DNA of 63,994 nt, the filler included, from Basidioascus undulatus (taxonomy: Eukaryota), in the NCBI GenBank assembly GCA_000826855.1. It is 4 parts of 4 records of this genome, joined end to end, with 100 filler letters (N's around TTAATTAATTAA, not from the genome) between each part and the next. Parts side by side here need not be neighbours in the genome. Positions count along the whole stretch, not along the records: positions 48,670 to 63,994 come from JTLS01000646.1; 3 more parts are not named here. One strand, written 5' to 3'. The translations under genes were made by a program, and so were the position numbers. This document shows positions 50,294 to 62,686 of this stretch, piece by piece. Every line of letters starts with the position of its first letter. Positions within the stretch are counted from its first letter, which is position 1. A model generated the notes under the pieces. That model had not been told where the DNA came from. It searched no databases and worked only from the letters and a program-made list of their open reading frames with translations.

Positions 50294-51331
50294 ATGCTCG
50301 CTACCCGGACTATCAGCAAGCTGCGGATTGGGAGCGCTGCCGCGAAGGGTGAGTGGGCTTTGACTGTGGGTTGAAAGAATCTTCCCTTTGCAGAGGGGGT
50401 TCGCACAAGCCGCGTCTGTGGGTGTGCTTTCTGAGGGGAATCATGAAGGTCCACCCGCCTAGAGCGCTGGGATGCGGCGTCGAGGGAGATACTACATCGC
50501 TGACATTTAACTTGGGAAAGCATGCACAGGGGTCAGCACTTGGTCCCCTACATTCCCTTCCGGTGAGCTCTGCGCTACATCTCATCTTCCCCTCGGCGTG
50601 GGTGGCAGCCTGTCGGATCCACTGACGTTCCTTGCAGGGCACCACCCCCCCCTCAACCCTCAGCGCCATCAAGATCGACTGTCTCACACCATCCGAGAAC
50701 GTCGAGCTCCTTAATAAACAGCGCGCCGTCCGCCCGTTCTCCCCCCACTTCACGATCTACCGCTGACCGTTCAACATGTACAGCTCGCTCGCGCACCGGT
50801 TCACGGGCGTCGGGCTGTCTGTCGGTGAGGGCCTCTGTCCGTTGGTTTTCCGAATAGATGGCGGGTTCTTATATGTGGTGGGCGGGCAAGGCGTCTACGC
50901 TGGAGCCATAGGTTATCTGGCTGCCCCGCTCGTTGGTGCCGACTTGGAAGCTGCGACGATCATCGATGCTGTACACGCCGCGCCGGGGTGGCTCAAGCTC
51001 ACGCTTAAAGCCCCAGTGAGTCTTTTATGGGTTGTTTGCTCCACGAGTGAAGGGAAGAATACTGAGTTCCAGACCCGTCGCAGACACATTGCCGCTGCCG
51101 TCTCATACCACACGTGGAACGGCGTGCGTCACCTCGCATGGGACGCTGGCAAATGTGAGCACCGACTGCTTTTCGATCCCTCCCTCAAAACAATATGAGA
51201 TGCTTTTTCTCATTATATTTCGCGGCTGTGTGCTCTGGCCCACAGTCATGACTCTGAAGGGTTCGTACGGGTCCGGGTACGCGGTCCTCGGTGCGACGGC
51301 TGTCTCTACCGTTGCGTTGCTGGCTCTCTAA
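50294..51331 (+). CDS. SDH3: Succinate dehydrogenase cytochrome b560 subunit (Sdh3/SdhC)-like, with in-frame TGA at 50764-50766
   Basis: ENVELLNKQRAVRPFSPHFTIYR*PFNMYSSLAHRFTGVGLSV|..YLAAP..|SYHTWNGVRHLAWDAGK|MTLKGSYGSGYAVLGATAVSTVALLAL*. Presequence-like MLATRTISKLR at 50294. 5' exon structure unresolved; may be a pseudogene. Confidence 0.85.
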
Positions 51332-51779
51332 GCCGGGAGTCGCGTATAGCTCGAAGTTTTCTTGAGGCGTGGGCGACACACCTTAAGAGGAATATGGGAC
51401 TGCTTGTTGTGGCTGCACTGGCGCTGCCTTTACGGTTCTCTTCATTGAATAACGGCGCAAAACGTGTTCGGGATCCTTTCCACTCTGAACCTGGGTTTTC
51501 CATATACTCGCGTAAAACATTGCCTTCTCCCTGTTAAAAAGGCGAGAGCTCCTTGCCTTGACCAACATCGTGCAGGCTGCACAACCATCTGGCTCTATCG
51601 CCTAGATGTACTAGAGTACGACAGCTCCACACCAGATCCACCTCTATTCATGAGCGTGCCGTTAAATCTTGTACTACTTGACTAACTTCTACGCCCAGAA
51701 GTCCACACAAAAAGTATATCAAGCAATGGTGAGTTGCATTGGGGTCTGTACATGCGCCCACCAACCCTGTCTTCCTTCT

Positions 51780-53211
51780 CAATACCGAACGAAGTTACGA
51801 ATCAGAGTCCCTTCACCGCTTCTGCAAAAAGAAGAGGTGCGTAGGTAAGCCTCAAGTAGCTGTAGCGGAAAAGAAACAAGCTCACTGTCCAGTCTCCCAG
51901 ACTTCGAGTCAGCCGTTCGGAGACGCCCGAATGTGGCACATGAGACTACTCCCCTCGTCGCCGTATAAGAACTGGTGTTCGAAGTCAAAGCAGATGTACT
52001 AGAGAGTGTGGCTTCGACCAGGCGGGGAATGGCGGTGTGGCAATGAGCCTTGTAGACCTCGGCTGTGCAAGCGGGGCCGTCGCTACGGTTGTTAAGGAGC
52101 ACCTCCCATGTGAGTTCTCGAACGAGCATCCGACCCAGGGCTGAAAGGTGTATGAGCTTTAAGGACGCGAATGATAGCTCAGTCCGACGACGGCGAGATG
52201 AGAAAGCTCACAGGAAAGCCGTTCTTGATGTACGCCTCGATATTGTTGCTGTGGGTATGAAGGCTCTGCAATGCGTACAATTGCCCGACAGCTGGTGAAA
52301 GAGCGTTGCCGGACCCGCAGGCAAGTTGAATTCAAGCTCGAGCAGAGACTCGTGGCAGAGATTACGGAAGATTCGGGAGAGCCGATCCTCGTCGACCCGG
52401 GGGTCGAAGCACGATAGACTGAGGGATCGAAGAGATGGACAATTTGAAAGAAACCCTCTGCTTGAAGTTCACCGCCTCGATAGCCAGCTTCTGCAGCGAG
52501 TGAAGCTTGAGAAGTGAAGCGGATTGCTGGCGGGGTCAAAGCGGTTCCCCCCTTGGATAGAAAATATTGAGATAAGATAAGTGGGACATATTTGCAAGAA
52601 CGTTAAGCCCAAGGTATCTGAAGACTGGACGGCGCCGACATTTGGGCTCCTGAGCTTCAGGCGCTCGACCGTCTTCTGTGAGTTGTGGAGAAACCTAGAA
52701 GTGTCGATTGTGGCGGACACCGGTGCCTTCGGTCTACGCCCACCATTCAAAGGCAACATCGACGAGCCCTTTTGATTTGCATGAACGAGTCGGGAAGATG
52801 TGGGATATCAGAGTCGAGGGTGATATTGATCGAACGAAGATTCGAGAACGACGCCAGATTGTCCCCCAACGTGCAGAGAAAAGGCAGCGAGGAACTGACG
52901 TAATAGACGTGTTTACATTTTGAACCGGTTAGAATTTGGAGTGGCCAGCACGCAAGGACGAGCACCCAACAGTACTCACCGAATGTGCTCGCGCAGATTA
53001 GGAGTGACGGAAAGTATGTCTTTGTAGGCGACCCCGACCTGGCGAGTAGTGAGTATTCCGAAAGGTCGACCGTTGCCCCGGAAAAGACAACCGAAATGAG
53101 GATAGCACGAAGACGCGATGAGCAGAAGGAGAGTGCGCAGAGGTCGCGAAGGCTCAGGCCCGATCCGACGCTGCGAACAAGTTCCGTCGGAATATTCTCG
53201 ATAAAGATCAT
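51780..53211 (-). pseudogene. Degenerate F-box/LRR-like gene
   Basis: MIFIENIPTELVRSVGSGLSLRDLCALSFCSSRLRAILISVVF (F-box) and FSNLRSINI, then frameshifts and stops. 3' limit approximate. Confidence 0.6.
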
Positions 53212-54926
53212 GAGAGGTGTTTGGATTGCTGTTATGGTTCCCGTGTTAAAAACGAGAGAAGAGTAGGGTGTAGGATGGTGGCCGAGAGTGGTGGAGGTAA
53301 AGGAGAAAGAGCCAACGGAACAGCGTCGTTCTGCGTATCGCTCTCCCGCGACAGCCGTATTCCGCGTTGTTCCTCATAGCCCACCTACAGTGTCAAATTA
53401 GGGGACCTGAAAAGCCTTCCAAAGTCAATGCAGTCCTTCGCTAGGCTCGCAATCTCGCAATGTGATACAAGAGTAAGCTGAAGGACTGCGAACGCAACGC
53501 AGCCACCAGAATTTGCGTCTACTGTCCTGCCCACTCCTATGTGGAAGAATGAATAAGTTACTTTATATCCAGATGATGTTCATGCCTCATAGTTAGAAAA
53601 TGCGACAGAAGACGGGAGGAGGCGAACTGATGGAAGGGTTGTCCAAAGTTTGAGGCCATAGAACGGCAAGGTCGTGTTCAAATTGGACGTTGGACATGCT
53701 GTCTGGTCACCGCTTTCTGTAAGAGTGAAATATCTTTGGGAGTTGAAGGGAAAGTGTTCAGTCAAAACAAACGTCCACGACTGCGAAGGGAGTATTAATG
53801 GCAAACCGCAAGTGCGTGGATGGGTGAACAGACTGCGTGTTTGCAGCAAGTAGAACGAATAAACTCAAGCGAGCGATCAGAATAAGAATAAGAGGAGCAC
53901 GATGCGGATCCAAAAGGGTAGTTCGTATTCGTTGAGCTGTGTAAAACGGTGCGGAAGGCAGCATATGGTCAATCGACTCTGCTTCATGCCAGTCCCGAGA
54001 TTTCGACATCAGAAGCCAAAGTCCTCAAGAAGACAATCAATGCATAATATTTGAGCCCACATATGAATTGCGAAAACAGCGGTGTTCCCATTAGTTGTAT
54101 TCGGACGGAAGGGACACCGGCTCAGGGAGGGTGGGGGAACTGCACCATTCACAGGTGAGTTGTCTCCGAGACTTTCCAGCCTGCAGTTAAATAATGTGTA
54201 TGGCCCAAAGATACAAGCGTCTAACTGACGTATTGGTGTTATTATGCTTCTTGAGAAGATATTGGTTAGCCGGAGCGAAACCTTCGAAAGCACTGTGAAG
54301 AAGGACGCTGGCTAATTTGATCAGCCGCTGATTGGATCTTTTTCCTTTTCCGTTGGATGTAAGGGCAGTAGCCGCTTGAACTCAGCCGAAATGGAGCACA
54401 GCTCTTTGGGCAGACAGCTTCAAGCTCGACAGTGAAAGTGAACCAACGCTCAGAGTGGGAGGAGCGTCAGATGCGCACCGGCAAGACTTCCCTCCGTTCG
54501 ACACTCAGTGTGTAAAACCACCTCTAAGGGTCGGTCGGTCTTCCATATTGATAGAGAGATGGTCTTTATTGCTTATACCCAGCGTGACGCATTTCCTGTG
54601 ATTCGAAGAGAGGGCCTGGCAGCGCGGCGGCCTTTCGGGTTTGCCAGGTCGACTGTCGGGGAGATGATCGGCGCATGTTGGCGGGCTTCATGGTCCACCA
54701 AAAGCTACCAATTTGTCTGGGAGAATTGTATGTGAAATATGCATTCAGCTATGTAACAATTCAGGCTGCAAATGAAAGGCGGCAGCGTGGTCAAGTAGGA
54801 CGAAAGGCACACAGGCCGAAGCGTTCGGACCAATCGTCTCTTTGTATTTCAGCTTCTCCTCTCACGCCCGGCCTTCCGCGTCACTTCGCTCTTGCCCTCC
54901 TCCCCATCCCGCACCCCACCCTCGCC

Positions 54927-56335
54927 ATGGCCGCCGCTCTCCGCACCGTCTCCCGCACGGCGCACACCCTCCCGCCCACCACCGTCGTCGCGGCGTCGGG
55001 CGTCCCTGCGGCGCGCTACCTCAATCTCGCCGCCGCCGCCCCTGCGGACGCCCACCACGCCCATGGCGCCGCTACTCCCCGCTCCGACGCCCCTGCGTCC
55101 TGGTCGAGCCGCCCCGTGGCGTCGTCCCAGGGTCTTCTGGCGAAGAACGTCGTCGTTCGTGAGTAAACTTCCATGACCGGAGACTGCAGTGCTGGCGGTT
55201 CCTCGCGGCGCTCCACTGGCGCAGGGACGTTCTGGGGAAGGGGAAGAAGGAAGGCACTCGATACTTGATGTGGCAATGCATGGATCGGGCCGTCCGACGC
55301 TGGGAGGAGCTCAAAAGTGCCCATCTCATCAAACGCGATTCGTGGCTGATCGATCGTCTTCCCTCCAGCCCGCGCCGCTGCCTTCCCCTCCCAGCGCCGC
55401 CTCATCTCGACCTCCCCCGCCTCCCGCCAGGCCGCCTCCGGCGTCCCCGACTTCTCGCCGTACCGTGCGAACCCGGAGTCGAACCGTGCCTTCTCGTACT
55501 TCATGGTCGGTTCGATGGGTCTCCTCGCCTCGGCGGGCGCCAAGTCGACCGTGACGGACGTTCTCTCGAACCTGTCCGCCTCGGCCGACGTCCTTGCCCT
55601 CGCCAAGGTCGAGGTCGAGCTCGCGTCCATCCCCGAGGGCAAGAACGTCATTATCAAGTGGCGTGGCAAGCCCGTCTTCATCCGCCACCGCACTGCGGAC
55701 GAGATCAAGGAGGCCGATGCCGTCGACGTCAAGAGCCTCCGCGACCCCGAGCGCGACGAGGACCGCACCCAGCGCCGCGAGTGGCTCGTCATGCTTGGTG
55801 TCTGCACTCACCTTGGTTGTGTCCCTATCGGTGCGTCGGCGCCCGACGATGAGTTGGAGCGAGGCTGAGCTGAACGGGGTGGACGATCGCAGGCGAGGCC
55901 GGTGACTTCGGTGGCTGGTACTGCCCGTGCCACGGTTCTCAGTACGTTATTCTTTGCACTTGTGCAGTTCAGCGATCCGGCCCCTGATATCCTTTTCCCG
56001 TCTCCAGCTACGACATCTGTTCGTCTTCATCCCCTCGCTCTCCCCGATCTATTGGGTCTCCCTTTCCCTTAGAACCATACTAAATGTGCCCTATTCTTCA
56101 CACAGCTGGCCGTATCCGCCGTGGTCCGGCTCCCGTCAGTCTCCCTCATCCATACCGCTCAGGCCTTGCGCTGACTACCCTACTTCTTTCCCACGACAGC
56201 TCAACCTCGAGGTGTACGTTCCCCTATCCCCGTAGGCATATGTGAGAGTGGACGTCTGCTGACGATATCTCCTTGCGTGCCAACAGTCCCGAGCACAGCT
56301 TCAGCGACGCGGATGGCAAGCTCATCATCGGTTAA
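54927..56335 (+). CDS. RIP1: Ubiquinol-cytochrome c reductase Rieske iron-sulfur subunit
   Basis: SASADVLALAKVEV, KWRGKPVFIRHRT, CTHLGCVP, GEAGDFGGWYCPCHGSH|YDIS|GRIRRGPAP|LNLEV|PE...KLIIG*. Confidence 0.97.
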
Positions 56336-57329
56336 GCTGCTCTCGCGTTGTTGGGGGTTTTAGACGGTGGGATGGTGGTGAGGGGTGTGTGGTGGAGGAT
56401 GAGAGTGGGCCTGTTGATACGCAAAAGGATTCTGCTCGGACACTTGGAGTGCGAGTGGATGTGCTGGACTACGTTGCGACAGTTCGCTGAGCGAGAGGTC
56501 ACCGTGCTGGGAAGAGACGAGATCCTGTCGCTGGATGACGGCCGAGACGTCGCGACTGGAAATATTACAGAGCGGGTACAGCAAGGGAATACCTAAAGAG
56601 AGACGGTCTTCGCCGGTCGTGCTCCATCGCTTTAGCGCCTATCGGCTGCAAGGAGTCTAGAGCGTTGTACTTACTGTGGTGCGAAAGGTATATAACGTAA
56701 AGGGGACGATTTCCGCATCACCAAACACACCCGGTGCAAGCAGAGTGACGAAGGAGTGGAGGCGTGGGCTTCCTGAACGACCTCCGGATCGGTGCACCAC
56801 GTGTCCGTGGAGGAAGTCGGCATTGCCACACTTCTCAAGCGCCAGACTGTTACGCAAAACGGACTTTCCCGTACAGAAGGCCGGTCAGCTTGAGCAGCAT
56901 CAGTGCGTGAACAGGCTGTGAGAGTGCAGGCTCGAAACTACACTGTCACTGTACGATGCCAGGCACGCTTCAGAATATCGAATGGTCGATCCGTTCCCCA
57001 CCTGATGTCTGAAATCCATACTATTGATTGAAAGAAATCTAGCTGACAGAAGTACGTATCGCAAAAGGATTGCGCAGCTCTACAGCCGCTGCACAGGCTG
57101 AGCAGGCCCTGTCGCGATAACATACGTCGAAAGCCAGCACCAACAACAATCTTATTTCATGACTAGAAATTAATCTGTTCAGTCTGGTCTGTGCCCGCAG
57201 CCGAGACCAAGGTCAGTCGGAGACGCATTGGAAGAAGCGCCCAGGCACGCAGCCCTTCTTTACCTCCAATCATGACCATCACCGCTCCTAACAGCTTCAA
57301 TACTCAGCATTGCTTGTCGATGCATAGAA

Positions 57330-58050
57330 ACATGTCGATTTACAACCAGCCCCTTCTTGTTCCTGACGTCCTCCACGGCATTCGTGGACGAGTTCCACGC
57401 CTAGTATCGCGACCACCTCTGCGCCCCGCTCGAGGAGCACCACCCAGCCGAGATCACACTCATCCGTCACGCCCTTCTCGATCTGTGTCTTTCGACTCGA
57501 GAGCTCAAGCACGTGCGCGCAGCCCTACCTGAGGACCACCGTCGCGGACGTCCCGGTGCACGATGCTTTCCCTACGCGGTTAGGGCGGTGGGCTGGTGTC
57601 GAGTGAGTCGATCGGGTTGACGACCAGCTCGGTCTTGAACGCCCCTCATCCCATGTCCCGGCTCATCTTTACAGGACGATCCGCTTCTCTTTTTCCTTTT
57701 GCAAGTCTGTGGATATGGAGAACAAGGTTGACTTGGCTACGTTTTCTCGCGTCGTCTTGACCCAGACCGCCGAAGGCCCAGCGGTCACTCGCCATCGTCG
57801 ACCTGTCTGACGTTGCCGGCGACACCTCGATCGATCCTCTTACTCTCCGCTTCAGCACCACCTTACTCCGCATCGGCTGCCTCCTCTCGTGCTTACCAAA
57901 GCCGCAAGGCACCTCGATTTGAAGCGCTGGAACCTTCGCCAGCTCGCGATCCGCATCACGCACGAGCCTGTGCTCTTCCTCGCATTCTTCCTGGGGTCGG
58001 CTACTGAGTCCTTGAGGTAGCTCATAACCCCTGACGATTAGCCTCATAGG
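57330..58050 (+). pseudogene. Possible highly decayed F-box-like gene
   Basis: PLLVPDVLHGI ... RHALLDLCLSTRELKH ... QPYLRTTV spread over different frames with stops. Confidence 0.3.
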
Positions 58051-59366
58051 GATCCCATTCTTACTCCGTCCTCGACCGAACTTGTGGTCTCCTGGATACC
58101 CAATCTGCGTCGCTGCATGGGCACCGGCCGCTCACCAGCATAGCCACCTTGGCGCATCGCAGCGATGACACTTTCCAAAATGGTACTTCAATTTCCACAC
58201 AATACAAGCTTGTATTTTCCTAGTCAACCACTACGCCTACAGTCTCACTTCGAGAACCTGTCGCTCCCTGTACCTTCGCGGTCCTGCGGAAGATTGAGGC
58301 GGTTGACCTTGAGACGCACGAACGTTTTGTCGCGGAGTATAGCCCTTCGCGGCAGGAATACACAAAGGAGCAAAGAAGCTTCTTTACGATAATTTTGACG
58401 CGTACTTAATCATCACGGAGCTCCAGAAGGCCATGGAGGTGAACCATGGCAGACCGAGGCGCGTCCGGTGGACGTGGAGGAAGTCGGGCCATCGTTCTTT
58501 GGCGACCTGGACGGATGATGACATCCACCTTGCCGAAGGGTATGGGCTCTTTTCCGGACTAGCAGTGATGGCCTGAGGGCGTTCGTCCGTCGTTTCCAGG
58601 TGCAGAACTAGGTTTTAGCGTGCGAAATACATGGCTTGTAAAACTGCTCAAGTTTGCAGCGTGTTTGATTTCTTCGACTGCAAAGGCCACTAGTTGTGCA
58701 TGTTGTACGAGCATAATATAACCGCTGCGTAAATCAATGATCCGTAAGTTGCGATATTCCGCTGCAGAACGGCCGCTCCGGCCTGCGCGCTCAAGAAACT
58801 TGCCGTCAAGGCTGTAAGTTTCTTCAGATGTCTGCTTTGTTGCGGAGAAAGGGCCGGCATTATGATGCTTTGCGTGACGAATTCAAAGACCCGATCCCGA
58901 AGGCAGCTGATCACTCGGATGGACTCCGACTCGGACATTCAGAACGACGTGGGCGTTGTGACTGTGCCTGTTCGCCGTGGCACTCAAGACCATGTGCGCA
59001 AGATCAGACAAAGGGGTACTCCTATTGAGAGAAGCCAATTCCTCGTTTACGCTTTAAGCGTGCCACAAGCACGAAACGCACTGCGCGGACACCGCATTCC
59101 CACCCCAAGATGCCAGAGGAGATCGAAAAGTCATTAGAATCGTCCAAAGAGAAGAAATGCAAAACAAGAAGCAACAGGGCATCCAGCTGTCCCTTCCTTC
59201 CTCCTTCCTCCGCCATCCTCTGTTCAATCAAGTCTGTTGTGTCCCGATGCACTCCCCACAGTCTCGCACTTCCTCACGTCGTCCTCTCCTGCGCATCCTC
59301 GTCCCCGATCCATCAACCCACCACCCGCAAGAACCAAAGGGAGAGACGGCTCGCGCATGTGCGCGC

Positions 59367-61955
59367 TTAGAACGTCTTCAGGTCCGCCGCGACCTCAAAG
59401 TTCGCCTCGGTCTTGGCCCGGACCTCGTCGACCGTCACGCCCTCCGCGATCTCCGCGAGCGTGAGCTTGCCCGCTTTGCGGTCGACGTTGAAGACGGCCT
59501 GCGAGCGAGGGCTTGAGCACCGAGCAGGGGAGTGAAGAAGGGAAGAGGGAGGGAGGTGACACGCACGAGGTCAGTGATGATTTGCGAGACGCAGCGCACA
59601 CCGGTGAGGGGCAGGGAGCACTCCTTGAAGATCTTGGGCTTGTCGCCCTTGGCGACGTGCTGTATCACAAACAATCATACCTCAGCTCGGCGTTTCTCTT
59701 TGGGGGGAAGGTCGATGAAGAAATGAAGAGGGAAGACGCACGTCCATGAGGACGATGACCTTCGTGCCCTCCGGGTTGGAGACGAGGTCCATCGCGCCAC
59801 CCATACCCTTGACCATCTGTTTCCCATCCACCCACCCGTCATGCAAATCAGCTTATCCTCGCACCACTGACATGTGACAGACAGCGCTACGCACCTTCTT
59901 CGGGATCATGTAGTTCGCGAGGTCACCAGCCTGGGAGACCTGGAACGCGCCGAGCAGGGCGACGTCGACGTGGCCACCTGAGACAGAGAGCGCATGTCAG
60001 TCGCCGATCGGGGTCTTGAAATGATTGGATGTTAGGTGGGGGAAAAGGAAGACATACCGCGGATCATGCCGAAGGACTCGTCAGAGCCGAAGGTCGACGC
60101 GCCGGGGAGGAGGGTGACGGTCTCCTTGCCGGCGTTGATGACGTCCCTGTTCTCCCAATCCCATTCCCCAGCGTCCAGTTAGCTCCCGCGGCGTCGGAAC
60201 AATAAGACCAAGAAGAAAAGGGAGGAAACGCACGCGTCCACCTTGTCCGCGGTCGGGTACGGCCCGAGGCCGAGCGCGCCGTTCTCGCTCTGGAGGTGGA
60301 CCTTGACGGAGGGGTCGACGAAGGAGGGGACGAGCGTGGGGATACCGATGCCAAGGTTGACGTAGAAGCCGTCTTTCAGCTCCCTGTTGACCACAGAAAG
60401 CAGACACCACCCCACCATCAACATCCGAACCTCCGGAATAAGGAGGGACAGGGAAAAGGAACACGCACTTGGCCGCACGCTTGACGATGCGCTCACGGCG
60501 CGCTCGCGCACCGCCGTCGCCGAGGATCTTGGCCTTGGCCTCCTCGTTGACGGGCGCGTTGGGATCGGGCGTCGTCGTGCGGATCTCGATCTCCTTCTCA
60601 GACGTCGCGGGGACGATGCGGTCGACGTAGATGCCGCTGTGGGTTCCCGCCTTTCGTCATGTCAGATGTGGGGTACGGCGGAGCGGAAGTGGGATGGAAG
60701 AGTGGGGGCGGGAGTGGGAGTGGGGGAGAGGGAGCCACGAACGGGAGGTGCACGAATTGCGGGTCGATCGAACCGGCGGGTACGATCTCCTCAGCCTCGA
60801 CGATGGTGATCTTGGCCGCGCGCGCCATGGCGCTGGAGAAGTTCTGGGCGGTGTAGCTAGAACATGGGAAGTGTGGCGTTAGCTAGTGCAGGGAGAAGGG
60901 GGAAGGCAATTGCGCAGGGGGAGAGAGAAGACGCACCGGAACTGGCAGTTGCCGAACTCGTCGACCTTGTGCGCGCGGATGAAGGCGTAGTCACCGGGGC
61001 TGCTCAAGTTCAAAAGCGCGTTTGAGCGTCAGCTACCTCAAATTGAGATATGGGATCGGATGAGAGAAGGCGGGAGGTTGACGCACAGCGACTCCTCAAG
61101 GACGTAGTTCCGGCCGTTGAACTCGCGCACTTCGCGCTTGCGCCCGGGAATCTCAATCTCGCCCGATTCGTTGTACTTAATCGTGAGCTCGCCAGTCTGG
61201 ATCGCAGTGCCTGCCAGACCATCCGGATCCCGGGCGCGTTAGCCACAAACGAGCACTGGCGGAAAGGGAAGAATACGGCAGGGGTCGTTGGGAGGAGAGA
61301 GAAGAGGAGCAGGAAAACGCACCGAAGCCGGTAGGAGTGTAGAACGCGGGGACACCGCGGCCGGCGGCAGAGAGACGCTCAGCGATCGTCCCCTGCGGGT
61401 TGAGCTCGACGGCAATCTTGCCGTTCAGGTAGAGCGACTCGAAGTGCTTGTTGGCGCCGATGTAGGAGCACTGTAGAGGGAGGTGTTTAGCATGTTGCTT
61501 GGACAGGACAGGTTGAGGAGAGAAAAGAAGACGCACGATCATCTTGGTGATCTTCCCCGGCGTCTGGAGGAGCAGACCGAGACCCTTGGCTCCCACACCC
61601 GCCTATCCGCCAACCATGTCCTTGTCAGTTTGGCAGCCCCTTTAGCCCCCCTCTAACTCCTTCATCTCACATTGTTCGAGACCGCTGTGAGCCCTGTGAC
61701 ATCGTTGCGCTTATTGAGCGCCTGGAGGAGGGTGTCGGGCGTGCCGCAGAGGCCGAACCCGCCCGAGAGAAGGGTCGAGTTGGGCTTGACGTCCGCGACG
61801 GCCTCGTCCGCGCTCTTGTACACCTTGTTCTGCCCGCGCTGCTTCTGCGCGAGGAGCGCACTCGCGGAGAACGTGCGCGCGGACGAGGGTGCGAGGAGCG
61901 TCGAGCGCACGCTGAGCGTGTGCCGCGGGAGGATGTTGCGGAGGGAGAGTGACAT
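59367..61955 (-). CDS. Succinyl-CoA:3-oxoacid CoA-transferase (family I; SCOT / 3-oxoadipate CoA-transferase-like), mitochondrial
   Basis: Presequence, [62 protein letters not shown] (catalytic Glu), [26 protein letters not shown]; many introns. Confidence 0.95.
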
Positions 61956-62686
61956 TTTGGGGGGTATGCGACGAGACAGGGAGAAAGGAAAGGGAATGTA
62001 ATGGAAGAAGACTGGTATAAGCCCGGGGAGCGAGCGGTGGGGTGCGGTCGAGGTCAAGGAGGAGGCAGCAAGCAGCGACGCCCCGCGAGCTCCCATGAGC
62101 CGCCGTGAGCCGCCGATAGACCTCGGACGCATCTCGGGACAGAGTTCGTCCGGCCGACTATGCTAAACCAAATATCATACGAGCGCTATCGCCATCGGCC
62201 GCACTCGCGCCTCCGGACCTCCGCCTCTTCGGCCATATTCACAGACGACTGCTCAACGTCGTCGAAGCGCATTCCAACGTCGTCTTCAGGTCCATAAGAG
62301 GAAGCTGTTTGCACAAATGAGAGGTAAGGCGTGTGGTGCGGCGCATGGGCTTAGGCAAAGACTACTGTGACTGGGTGGCAATACCCGGCTCAAGGCCGGC
62401 TGATCGGGTGGACTGAGCACGGTCGCGAGCGCGCTCGCTGACTTCAGCATCAGGGCTGGAGCGTAAGTGCGCTGAGGTTGCTGATGAGGTAGAGGGTTGC
62501 CCACCGACGTACGCACTTGAGTGCACCCGCAAGCACCAGCTAGAAACAGACGGGCAAGACCCCTAGAAAGTCAAGCCATTCCGGCAGTCCAAGCAGGAGA
62601 GAAAGGCATCGGCCACATTCAGTTTGTCTATTCCGCATTGAGGTATCTGGCATCGGGGTATCCAGCGGCCAGCGTTCCACATCCCT

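Noticed and set aside
50764..50766. Genome-wide UGA=Trp code, selenocysteine, or a recent mitochondrial insertion as the explanation for the SDH3 TGA
   Set aside because: Other genes here terminate with TGA and use TGG for Trp. The site is not a Cys position, and the gene has spliceosomal introns.
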